Shown: positions 37,480 to 47,567 of the stretch, in pieces | Numbering within the stretch: the first letter of the stretch is position 1 | Layout: each line of letters starts with the position of its first letter | Origin: an uncultured virus (IMG/VR IMGVR_UViG_3300027413_000005) | Lineage: Duplodnaviria > Heunggongvirae > Uroviricota > Caudoviricetes | IMG/VR virus record: IMGVR_UViG_3300027413_000005 | Location: 1-64,000 of that record | DNA: 64,000 bases | Direction: 5' to 3' (one strand) | Notes under the pieces: model-generated | Told to the model about the DNA's origin: nothing | The model's database searches: none | The model's input: only the letters and a program-made list of their open reading frames with translations | Position numbers and translations under genes: made by a program

Positions 37480-40400
37480 ATGGCTACTAAAAAAGAAATT
37501 GAAGACGATAAGAAGAAGAAGGCAGCTTCTAAGGCAAAAACTGATAAAGCTCAACAAGGTCAAGTAAGACTAGAGTTTAATCAGGCAATGTCTGGCTTAA
37601 ATATGGATAGCACAATTAACCAAGTAGCGACAGGTAGTCTTACTTATGCGTTAAATGCAACTGTAGAAAACTTTGACTCTAGTTCTGTTAATTATCAAAA
37701 TGAACCTGGTAACGAACCTTGTTTTAGTTTTCCTGATGGTTATGAACTTATTGGAAAACATACTATTCCTGAAAAAGACAAAGACATATTCTTTTTAACT
37801 AACCCCACTACTGGAGGTAGTGAAATTGGCTTCATGTTTAATAATGATTGTCAATATAAAACGCTAATCAATGCTCCATGTTTAAACTTTAATGTAGATC
37901 ATCCTATACCAAAAGTCGTACATAGAATAACAAACTGTACTACAGAAATATATTGGACCGATGGATTTAATGCTAGAAGATATTTGGATATAGAAAACAT
38001 TCCTTATATACTTGCACCAGGAACAACTCCTACTTGTGATCCTGTAGAAACAGATCAACTAGACTGTAATCAACTTAAGATACAACCTGACTTTCCAATA
38101 CCATTTTTAAATGTAGATGAGGTGACTAATGTAGGATCATTAGTTGCTGGAACCTACCAATTTGCTATACAGTATTCTGATGCAGTAGGTAATGATTTAA
38201 CGTCATACTACTCAATAACCAACCCATGTCCAATAGCTGATGCACTTATAACAACAGTAAATTTTAACTATCCAGTAGGAAAATCTATAGTTGTAAAAAT
38301 ATCTAACTTAGATATCTCAGGACAATTTAATTACTTTAATTTAGCAGTAATTAAAACTATAAATAATATTTCCTCTGTTGAATTAGTAGGGACATATAAC
38401 ATTACAGACGTTAGTGAAGAAATAACATATACAGGTGCAGATCAAACAGCCAAAAGATTATCTATGTCTGATATATTTGAGAAATATCCGTATTATGACA
38501 TAGCACAAGATATAACATCTGTACAAGATATTCTAGTATGGGATAATTTAACTTCTATAGATAGGATAAATTATCAGCAGATAGCTAGTAACATAACTTT
38601 GAAGTGGGAATCTTATAGGATACCTCCTGGTGAAAATTATTCTGATGAGAATAATGCTACTAATTTACGTGGATACATGCGTGATGAAGTTTATGCATTT
38701 GAGATAGTGTTCCTTCTTAAGAATGGAAAACAAACTGATTCTTTTCACATTCCAGGACCTCCTAACCTTAATATAAATCCTGATGTACCTGACACAAATG
38801 ATGACTTTATTGGTGATCCAGATTATGTTGAGAATGGTATAGGGTATAGCTCATATTGGAAGATATATAACAACGCTATTAATTTAGGAGCTTCTCCAAC
38901 TGCTACAAGTGCTGACGATTACAAAGGACCATGGGAATATGGAGAATTTGCATATTGGGAATCAACAGAAAAATACCCTTGTAATACAGATGTATGGGGA
39001 GACTTAGCTGATCAACCAATCAGACATCATAAATTTCCAGATGTATTGGTTAGTCCTATTATAGAAAATAGCACAATCACTTATGATGGTAATAACATTG
39101 TTCCTACAATGCAGGATGATGCAGTTTTTCCTATTGGAGTAAAAATTAACAATAGTCAAATCTCAGGTCTGATACTAACCTCTGATCTAACACAAGACCA
39201 AAAAGATGATATTGTAGGGTTTAAGATTGTTAGAGGAGATCGTAGTACTAACAGGTCAGTAATAGCTAAGGGTATACTCAGAAACATGGGCAAGTATTCA
39301 AGAAATGATCAAGAGTACTATTACCCTAATTATCCCTATAATCAAGTTTCTGGAGAAGACTCTTTTCTTCAAGAAAACAATAATGCATGGAATTATAAAT
39401 CTAAAGCATGGCTCGTATATATGCCAGATCAAGAAACAACAAGTTTATTTGATTGGGGTTCTCTTAATTTTGGTAGTGTAGATATAGATGTTAATGTTGA
39501 AGAAGGTGTATTTACATATACAAGTATTGTTAATGGTAGAAATACACAAGCTAAGATTCTACCTAATTGTATTATAGAAGTATGTTCTCTTACACGACCT
39601 GTAGCACTTAGGGGTCTTATGACTGTAGGTCCTGCAGATTTTGATGCATGGCGTGGATTTCATGGGCAAAAAGTGTTTGCTGCAGGATATGCAATTAAAT
39701 CAGAAAATCCTTTTAATAACTTTAATTTTGATGGTACAGTAGCTTCTAGACGATGGTTGGATTATCAAGGTTCATTAACTTCAGGAGGTGGTGATACGTG
39801 TACTGTTCTTACCAATGTGGATTATGATTATGATTATGATAATTTATATGGACAGGTTACTGAAAGTGGAGATGGTCATATATGGAAACCTCAAGTTTCA
39901 GGAGCTAATTCTGGCTTATCAATTCCAAGAATAAATTTAAATGGTATTATTCCTGGTCCTTGTTTTGAAAGTGATGACATTTCTACTGAAGAAATAGAAG
40001 ATGACGCATTAATAACATATCCTCCAGGTACATTTGATCCAGCTAACGAATGTCCAGAAGGACAAAGTGCAGCTTGTCAAGAATGTATAAAAACAGAAAA
40101 TCCAGATAACATAACTCCTTGGCCACAAGCTGCTTTTGGGCAGCCTACAAATCCCCTTCCTCAACTTAGTAACGGTGTCCCATCACAATCTTTTCCGCTT
40201 CCAACAAATCAAACAAATACATTTACTCCAGCAGTTGATGTAAATCAAATGGACGGATCTATAAATGGGACAACTTCAAGATGGAGTAGAAGATCATGTT
40301 TAGCATGTGATAGAGATATACCTATTAAACCATTAGAGGGAGCAGAATATGATTCAGTAAAAGATATTTTAGAAAAACAAATATTTAATTCTCCTGACAC

Positions 40401-43400
40401 GTCTTTTGGACAACCTTTCTTAGGTAGTGTATTAAAACTAGAGAGTGTAATGTTTGGGGCAGGTAAAGGTCATTTTGTAGAAGTTAAAGATAATGCCAAA
40501 TACAAACTTTTATCTAAAGAAGCTCAAGAAGATGCACTTAGGAGTTCAGAAAGAATAGCTAGCATAGGTTCTGGTGGATTTAATGCTGGTATAATGTTTA
40601 CAGTTTATCAGTCCTATCTTACTATATATATAAATGGAATAACAAGAAAGAACTATGGAATGTCTTTCAATTCACGAGCAAACTATGACTACTCTTACCC
40701 TATTGATAATAATGTTAAAGGTGGCATCAAACAGAGAGAAATAGAACTTACAAGATATTTAATACCAGGAGTACAATCATTTAATAATAATGATTTGCCT
40801 ATAAATAACTGGAATAGAGAATCATCTGTATATATAAAAACAAAAATTAATGATGACATATTAGCTTTTCCTCTTCCACAAGATACGCCTAGTTTAACAT
40901 CACCTGATGGTACATCTAGCATGGTTGAGTTCTCTAGATTTAACATAAGTGAAATTGGAGCATGTGATGCACCAGAGAAAGAAAAGGACATGAAGGTGGT
41001 TTCATATTATGCTTCTATGAAAAACATTTTACCTAATCAATGGGGACAAATAAATTCATTCAAAAGAATTGATACTGGATATCAAAAAGGCATAGCTTCC
41101 TCAGGAGAGGATATTATATTTGGTGGAGATGTTTATATATCTAGATTTACATTTAAAACTAAACTACCATTTTTTATAGACAATAGAGTAAATGCGCCTG
41201 ATGATTCCGATATATTCTTTGATGAAATAGGCAACATTGCATATCCTAAATATTGGCACTCTGCTAGATCTATATTAAACGCTTATAGAGTTGAGGCTAA
41301 TGATTCAAACATGCTTAACCTTATATCTACTAAAGCACATAATTTAGATTGTCCAAGTGATCCTTCATTAATTACTGCACCATCAACTACTGCTCAACCT
41401 GTATCTACTTTTGCAGGGACATACAGATCATTCTATGATGGATTTATGTATTTATTTGCATACGGTGTACCAAACTTTTATTGTGAAAGTGTATACAATA
41501 CAGACTTAAGGCAAGCTTTTAATACTAAAGAAGGTGACTTTTGGCCCCATGTAAGCAGTAGTATTCCAGATGATTGGGTACAAGAAACAAACGTGCCTAT
41601 TGCTCAAGATAATACTTATTACTATAATGTAACATTCTCTAAACAAAATAAAGAGAATGTATTTACTCAACTCCCTCCAGATTGGGAAAATGATTTATGT
41701 TTTACATACTTTCCGTTTAGAGCTATTTATTCAGATACACAAGGAGACAGTCCTGACAATAGAGTAAATAACTGGTTAGTGTATAGAGCTATTTCTTATC
41801 ACGACTTTCCACAAAACTATGGTAATCTTACATCATTAGATGGTGTACAAGATAAGGCTATCTTGGCAAGATTTGAGAACAAGGCATTGCTGTATAATAA
41901 TTTATTAACTATTGATACAAGTAATCCTCAAGCAGCTTATGTAGGTAACTCTAGACTTTTTGATGGGTCACCCCCATTAGATTTTGCTGAAACAGACTTA
42001 GGTTACGTAGGGTCACAACATAAGTTTCTACTTAAGGTCCCTTATGGTCAAATTACTGCAGACGCTAAGAGGGGACAAATCTTTTTATTAAATGGAAATA
42101 AACCTGTTGACATGACAGCTTATGGGTCAGGGGTGAATAGATTTATGACAAGTAGTTTACCTTTTGAAATTTTAGAATACTTTCCAGAAGTAAATGTAGA
42201 CAATAATTTTACAGGATTTGGATTACACGGTGTGTACGATAGTAAGTTTGACAGAGTGATTATTACAAAAATTGATTATATTCCTACAGACAGTTCGGTA
42301 TTCTACGATAAAGATGATAAAAACTTTTATATACCAATAGAGGGTTATACTGATACTTCTGGTAATCAAACTATCAAACAAGAAGTATTCTTAAACGATA
42401 GAAAGTATTTCTGTAATAAGTCATGGACTATGTCATTTGATTTTAATACAAAAAGCTGGATATCGTTTCATAGTTATTTACCAAACTTTTATATAGGAGA
42501 AAATAACTTTTACTATTCAGGGATTAACGGATGCTGTACAAACTTTACTGCTATTCTTGATAATCCAAGTAGAAGTAAAATAGATACAGAGTCTCCTAAT
42601 TTAGAGATGATAGTTGGAGAACTTGATGGCGTTGTTAAAATTACTACAACAACCACCACTACAGGTCTTCCTTTATTTACCACTACTACTACAACAGCAT
42701 ATGTTCCTGATTGTGAGTTTGATATAAATGTAGTAAGTAAGTTAGATTGTCAAATGGAAGGAGTGGGTTACATTACTGTACCAACCCCTACTACTACAAC
42801 AATATGTGCTAGACCTGATAGTTTAGTTATTTCTAATTTTACAGAAGGTTATCAAATTACAGGACAAGCTTCTCCAGTTTTAGGTACACTCTCTGCACAG
42901 AAAGCTTGCGCAGTGGGTAGTTTTGTAAGAGTAGCAAATCCTCTAGAAACAGTAGATATAAATTTCCAATATCAATATGAATTTCCAAAACCAGTTACAG
43001 TGGGTCAGATTTTATATTTTGGAGGTGGTAGTGATTGCACATTTGTACCAGATGGCTGGTACACTAGTAGTGAAGATGGTTGGAATAAAGCCTACTATGT
43101 TGAAAATTCAAGATTAGAAGAAATAATACCATGTGATTGTAATACACTTACCACAACAACCACTCTTTATGATGGGGAATTAACAGAATGCTGTGGTATT
43201 ATATACAATGATGTAAATGGTAATGTAAAACTTTCAAACATAGCATCGTCTCACTCTGTAGATTCAGATAATTTTCACACTATAGTTATCCCAGGATACA
43301 CTACTGGTAAGTTAGCTGTTGGCCCAACTGCTCTATACGGAGTTTCACCAGGTATCAGTACATCATTTAAGAAATGGACAATTACAACAAGCCCATGGAC

Positions 43401-44172
43401 TGTAGTAGCAGATTCAGATTTAGTAATAGCTGATAATGCATTTGGTACAACTGCTGGAGTGGTAGTTAAAGATGACAGTGCAATTATTGCAATAGATACA
43501 GCTCAAGGATTTATAGTAGAAATAGATACAACAAGTGGAATTCCATCACAGAAAATTCTAGTGGGAGGTGGTTATACATACACTACAAATCTATTATATA
43601 CTACTAAAGGTAAACTAATAACAATAGGAGAAGATGGTGGAGGAGTGTTCCATTACTTCCAATGGGATTATGATAACGAAACAGTAACCCCAGAAATTGA
43701 TATAACAATCACTGCACCTGAATTTGGTAGTGAGGTTGTAGCAATATATGAATGTGATTGTGACATTACGATAATTACAAAAGAAGCTAATCAATATAAT
43801 GTATTTAGCGTATCACCAATATCTCCTTATGGTGTTATATTTTCAGGAAATATAACAGATGATAATCGAAGCATTTGGAACTCTTTTGATGCTACTAACG
43901 TAACTCAAATGCAATCATGCGTTAATCCAATTGGAGGACAAGAGTTTACAACAACTACAAGTACCACAGAAAGCCCAAGTACTACTACTACTACATCAAT
44001 ATACCCTTGTTATAAATGGGAGATAACAGGCCCTGTAGGAATTATTATTACTGACTGTAATGGGCTACCTGAAGTACTAAGTGTTCCTAGTGGAGTGACA
44101 CAACAATTTTGTACAAACGTTAATACTGGAGGACCTGCTGGAGCAACCTTTATAGGAAACTGTGATATATAA
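37480..44172 (+). CDS. Tail stabilisation/muzzle protein with insertions and C-terminal Thr-linked cassettes
   Basis: GLNMD, YALNA, NEPGN, IYWTDG, GTYQFAIQY, GYMRDEVYAF, IRHHKFP, FGGDVYISRF and SWISFHSYLP. Confidence 0.8.
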   Translation: MATKKEIEDDKKKKAASKAKTDKAQQGQVRLEFNQAMSGLNMDSTINQVATGSLTYALNATVENFDSSSVNYQNEPGNEPCFSFPDGYELIGKHTIPEKDKDIFFLTNPTTGGSEIGFMFNNDCQYKTLINAPCLNFNVDHPIPKVVHRITNCTTEIYWTDGFNARRYLDIENIPYILAPGTTPTCDPVETDQLDCNQLKIQPDFPIPFLNVDEVTNVGSLVAGTYQFAIQYSDAVGNDLTSYYSITNPCPIADALITTVNFNYPVGKSIVVKISNLDISGQFNYFNLAVIKTINNISSVELVGTYNITDVSEEITYTGADQTAKRLSMSDIFEKYPYYDIAQDITSVQDILVWDNLTSIDRINYQQIASNITLKWESYRIPPGENYSDENNATNLRGYMRDEVYAFEIVFLLKNGKQTDSFHIPGPPNLNINPDVPDTNDDFIGDPDYVENGIGYSSYWKIYNNAINLGASPTATSADDYKGPWEYGEFAYWESTEKYPCNTDVWGDLADQPIRHHKFPDVLVSPIIENSTITYDGNNIVPTMQDDAVFPIGVKINNSQISGLILTSDLTQDQKDDIVGFKIVRGDRSTNRSVIAKGILRNMGKYSRNDQEYYYPNYPYNQVSGEDSFLQENNNAWNYKSKAWLVYMPDQETTSLFDWGSLNFGSVDIDVNVEEGVFTYTSIVNGRNTQAKILPNCIIEVCSLTRPVALRGLMTVGPADFDAWRGFHGQKVFAAGYAIKSENPFNNFNFDGTVASRRWLDYQGSLTSGGGDTCTVLTNVDYDYDYDNLYGQVTESGDGHIWKPQVSGANSGLSIPRINLNGIIPGPCFESDDISTEEIEDDALITYPPGTFDPANECPEGQSAACQECIKTENPDNITPWPQAAFGQPTNPLPQLSNGVPSQSFPLPTNQTNTFTPAVDVNQMDGSINGTTSRWSRRSCLACDRDIPIKPLEGAEYDSVKDILEKQIFNSPDTSFGQPFLGSVLKLESVMFGAGKGHFVEVKDNAKYKLLSKEAQEDALRSSERIASIGSGGFNAGIMFTVYQSYLTIYINGITRKNYGMSFNSRANYDYSYPIDNNVKGGIKQREIELTRYLIPGVQSFNNNDLPINNWNRESSVYIKTKINDDILAFPLPQDTPSLTSPDGTSSMVEFSRFNISEIGACDAPEKEKDMKVVSYYASMKNILPNQWGQINSFKRIDTGYQKGIASSGEDIIFGGDVYISRFTFKTKLPFFIDNRVNAPDDSDIFFDEIGNIAYPKYWHSARSILNAYRVEANDSNMLNLISTKAHNLDCPSDPSLITAPSTTAQPVSTFAGTYRSFYDGFMYLFAYGVPNFYCESVYNTDLRQAFNTKEGDFWPHVSSSIPDDWVQETNVPIAQDNTYYYNVTFSKQNKENVFTQLPPDWENDLCFTYFPFRAIYSDTQGDSPDNRVNNWLVYRAISYHDFPQNYGNLTSLDGVQDKAILARFENKALLYNNLLTIDTSNPQAAYVGNSRLFDGSPPLDFAETDLGYVGSQHKFLLKVPYGQITADAKRGQIFLLNGNKPVDMTAYGSGVNRFMTSSLPFEILEYFPEVNVDNNFTGFGLHGVYDSKFDRVIITKIDYIPTDSSVFYDKDDKNFYIPIEGYTDTSGNQTIKQEVFLNDRKYFCNKSWTMSFDFNTKSWISFHSYLPNFYIGENNFYYSGINGCCTNFTAILDNPSRSKIDTESPNLEMIVGELDGVVKITTTTTTTGLPLFTTTTTTAYVPDCEFDINVVSKLDCQMEGVGYITVPTPTTTTICARPDSLVISNFTEGYQITGQASPVLGTLSAQKACAVGSFVRVANPLETVDINFQYQYEFPKPVTVGQILYFGGGSDCTFVPDGWYTSSEDGWNKAYYVENSRLEEIIPCDCNTLTTTTTLYDGELTECCGIIYNDVNGNVKLSNIASSHSVDSDNFHTIVIPGYTTGKLAVGPTALYGVSPGISTSFKKWTITTSPWTVVADSDLVIADNAFGTTAGVVVKDDSAIIAIDTAQGFIVEIDTTSGIPSQKILVGGGYTYTTNLLYTTKGKLITIGEDGGGVFHYFQWDYDNETVTPEIDITITAPEFGSEVVAIYECDCDITIITKEANQYNVFSVSPISPYGVIFSGNITDDNRSIWNSFDATNVTQMQSCVNPIGGQEFTTTTSTTESPSTTTTTSIYPCYKWEITGPVGIIITDCNGLPEVLSVPSGVTQQFCTNVNTGGPAGATFIGNCDI

Positions 44173-44174
44173 CT

Positions 44175-45047
44175 ATGGCAACTAAAATAATAAACTTAAA
44201 AATAACAAGCTCTAGTCCTCAAGTAGGACCTTTTGAGATTACGGATGACTTATCAAATGTCCTAGGAACCGATGTGTCTTTAAGTAGCCTTATTGTGGGC
44301 ATAAGCTATAGGGTAGATGTTTCAGTTTCAGTGATTACTTTAACCTCTTCAGGTGATTGTAATTTTGTAAAAGAATTTTCAGTTAGAGATTCAGTACCTA
44401 GTATAGAATATATAACAGCTACATATACTCAAATTAAAACAGGATGTGTATGGACACACTTAAGAAACGATACTTTATATAATTATTACTATGGAGATAT
44501 AGCTCCTTACATAATCGAGTATCCTTTTTCATATAAGTATCATGATCAAATATTACAGAATATAAAAGACTATAGTAAAGTGTATGTATATCTTCCATCT
44601 ACATTAGGGTCATTTGATTCTAATAGCAAGGTGCAAGTAGATGATAAATATTTTAATAAAGCTATTCTATATAACGATCAACAATCTACAGGAGTAATAG
44701 AACTTGTTCCTAAACCAATGAATGATTTAAGTTCATATTTAAATTATCCTATACTTAATTCTAATAGTAAAACTATTACTTTTGCAAAGACAGATAGTTT
44801 CTATCAATATAACACTTTCTGGGCACTACAAAAAAATGATAAGATTCCTTTATTTAAAACATCTTGTGAATCTGGCTCAATAGATAAAGTAGTTAATCAA
44901 GATAATATGAACTATGGTGACTTATCATTTAAGAAGTCACAACTAAGAGCTAAAGATTTAAAGGTGAGACACATACTAGACAACTCTTCTATAACACATA
45001 TAGTAAGTCAATTTATTGTAGCACCAGCACAAATATCATATAAGTAA
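44175..45047 (+). CDS. Repeated module fused to the probable C-terminal part of the stabilisation protein
   Basis: VGPFEI module, then WTH...YYG...PYIIE...FNKAILYNDQQSTG...LRAK. Confidence 0.65.
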   Translation: MATKIINLKITSSSPQVGPFEITDDLSNVLGTDVSLSSLIVGISYRVDVSVSVITLTSSGDCNFVKEFSVRDSVPSIEYITATYTQIKTGCVWTHLRNDTLYNYYYGDIAPYIIEYPFSYKYHDQILQNIKDYSKVYVYLPSTLGSFDSNSKVQVDDKYFNKAILYNDQQSTGVIELVPKPMNDLSSYLNYPILNSNSKTITFAKTDSFYQYNTFWALQKNDKIPLFKTSCESGSIDKVVNQDNMNYGDLSFKKSQLRAKDLKVRHILDNSSITHIVSQFIVAPAQISYK

Positions 45048-47566
45048 TGGCAAAAGGTTTATCAGCAGCAAAAGCTAAAAAGATACTACAAGATGGTTAC
45101 GTAAAAGGTAAGCCTCTCACAGCAAAGCAAAAGAAATACTTTGGAGCTATTGCTAGTGGTGGTACGCCCTTGAAAGCAATGAATGGTAATTGGCTAGATA
45201 AGTTTGCTATGGGAGGAAGTCTTCCAGGTGCATCAGGTATGATGTATTCACGTAACTCTGGTTCTTCTACAATGTCTCCTCCTAACCTTACTAAAGCTCA
45301 AGATGGAACAGTAGAATATGGTACACCTGAATATAAAAAAGCATATGAGGAAGGTAGATTTGCTGATGTACCTAATCAACTAGATGAAGTAGTTATAGAT
45401 AGTGGTGTAGATTATGAGAAATATCCTCTGTATGATAAACTCTCTGTACAAGAGAAAGAGTATTTTAATGACCCAGGAACAATTGGTAGGGGTGTAAGAA
45501 GAGCTGCTCAAACAGATAGAAGGTTATCTGAGGATACAAGAGATATGGTGACAGGAATGTTGGTGAAACAACCTTTAGCTGCATTACAAGTTCCTCAATC
45601 TTTAATGGTGGAAGGTATAGAAACTTTAAGGGGTAAAGATGCTAACTTTTTAAATGCACTTACATTTGACACACAAAGGTTACCGTCTCAAACAATGGGT
45701 TTTGAAACTACAAGTGATATGTCTTGGTATAACCCTAAAGTTATATCAAACTTTGCAATGGATGTTGTATCCGACCCATTGAATCTTGTTGGTGCAGGTA
45801 TAGTAGATGATGCTTTAAAACTTGGTTTAAGACAAGGATTAACAAATACAGTAGCAAGAAGTCTGGACAGACCAATTATAAATACGCTAGGAAATAAGTA
45901 TTTACCTAATGCAAATAAAATAAATCCTTGGGCATATCAATACAATCTTCCAAAAAATACCATGTGGAGAGGGTTGGGTCAAGAAGGTATGGAAGATGCT
46001 GTTAGTTCTGGTTTATTTAGATCAAAACAAAATGTTCCTGATCAGTTTTTTCCTGGATCAAGTTTAAAACTAAGTAAAAGTTTTGGAACTAATCCATACT
46101 TTACACCGAAGTTTAAAACTGCTGCAACTTATGGAGATAATTATTTAGCTGAAGTTCCAAGAGATGTTGCTAATTGGACACAAAGATACAAACGTAGTAA
46201 CTGGAGTCAGTTTGCAGATAGACCGATACCAACTTTAGAAGGTAGAATACTACAAAAAGATTGGTTAAGAGGATATAAACCAATTGAAATTCCTCAAGCT
46301 CCTTCTAGTTTTGTTGAAGCTGCAGCAAACCCTAGTGTTAGACAAAGTCTTAAAGATTTAAATGATAAATTAGGAATAAGTAATACAACTTCAGCACAAA
46401 TTAGATCTAGTGAGAAGTTCAACAAAAATTGGTTTAACAACCCTGAGACTATTAGAAGAACAGAAGAGATGATAAATCAACCCTCCTCTTTAAGATCTAA
46501 TATGAGTGAGATTGAGATTCTGCAAGACCTTAATCTTTATGAGACAATGCTTGATAAATCTCGTAATCTAACTCCAGCTCAAAAAGCTGGTATAGAAAGA
46601 CAAAAGAAAGATTTATATGCTGGATTAGCAAAAAGAAATCTTCAAACAGTACAACAGAAAGGAAGATTTACGGAAGTGTTTGATCCAGATAACATAAGAC
46701 ATCAAGATGTAGGTTTAACTTATGAAAAGAATCCCAACTATTTAGGACTTTACACAGGTAGAACAAACCAAGGAACAGTTAATGTACCACGTACAAAAAA
46801 AGCAGGCAAGGATACTGGTTCAACCTTTACACATGAAGACTTGCATGCAGTTACAGCAGGAAGAAAAGGATATACAGATGAAGCTACAGACATATTAAAA
46901 GATGCAGTGGGTAAAGATCAAGACTGGTGGCTTAATAAAATAAACACAACAAAAGATCAAAAAACAAGAGAAAAGTTAATTGATAGATTGGAATACCTAT
47001 CAAGACCTCAAGAGATGCATGCTAGAGTACATGAGCTTAGAAAAGCTTTTAATTTAAAACCTGGTCAAGAGGTTAGTGCTGCAAAGATTGACCAGATAAT
47101 GATGAAAGGGTTAAAAGGAGACACCCCTGTTGATGAAGACTTTTTTAGACTATTAGGTGACAAAGAGAAGTTTAGAAAGATATTTAACAAGCTTCCAGCA
47201 TATGTACCAGTAGCTGTAGGACTTGGTGCTGCTTCACAAAACAAAAATGGTGGATGGTTATCTAAGTATGAGAACGGTGGTGTGATAGAAGATAACAGAG
47301 GGCAATGGGCACACCCAGGAAAAATAACTAAAATAAACTCCAACAAAATAACAATGAAGGGTGTTAACTACCCTGTACTTGGAGTATCTGATAAAGGAGA
47401 TACTCAAATGATGTATCCTAATGGAGAATATCAATATGATGGAAACAGCGTTACAGAGTATCCTATGGCTAAAGATGGAAAGTCTTTGGTAGAACTAGAT
47501 CAATTGACTAACTTTACAAACTACAACACCTCACAACCAGGAGGCTGGTTAAACAAATATAATTAA
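45047..47566 (+). CDS. Polyvalent cargo protein with ADP-ribosyltransferase-like and zincin domains
   Basis: MWRG...PYFT...AATY...AEV; THEDLH...PQEMHAR; K-x-x-x-GG motifs. Confidence 0.7.
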   Translation: MAKGLSAAKAKKILQDGYVKGKPLTAKQKKYFGAIASGGTPLKAMNGNWLDKFAMGGSLPGASGMMYSRNSGSSTMSPPNLTKAQDGTVEYGTPEYKKAYEEGRFADVPNQLDEVVIDSGVDYEKYPLYDKLSVQEKEYFNDPGTIGRGVRRAAQTDRRLSEDTRDMVTGMLVKQPLAALQVPQSLMVEGIETLRGKDANFLNALTFDTQRLPSQTMGFETTSDMSWYNPKVISNFAMDVVSDPLNLVGAGIVDDALKLGLRQGLTNTVARSLDRPIINTLGNKYLPNANKINPWAYQYNLPKNTMWRGLGQEGMEDAVSSGLFRSKQNVPDQFFPGSSLKLSKSFGTNPYFTPKFKTAATYGDNYLAEVPRDVANWTQRYKRSNWSQFADRPIPTLEGRILQKDWLRGYKPIEIPQAPSSFVEAAANPSVRQSLKDLNDKLGISNTTSAQIRSSEKFNKNWFNNPETIRRTEEMINQPSSLRSNMSEIEILQDLNLYETMLDKSRNLTPAQKAGIERQKKDLYAGLAKRNLQTVQQKGRFTEVFDPDNIRHQDVGLTYEKNPNYLGLYTGRTNQGTVNVPRTKKAGKDTGSTFTHEDLHAVTAGRKGYTDEATDILKDAVGKDQDWWLNKINTTKDQKTREKLIDRLEYLSRPQEMHARVHELRKAFNLKPGQEVSAAKIDQIMMKGLKGDTPVDEDFFRLLGDKEKFRKIFNKLPAYVPVAVGLGAASQNKNGGWLSKYENGGVIEDNRGQWAHPGKITKINSNKITMKGVNYPVLGVSDKGDTQMMYPNGEYQYDGNSVTEYPMAKDGKSLVELDQLTNFTNYNTSQPGGWLNKYN

Positions 47567-47567
47567 T

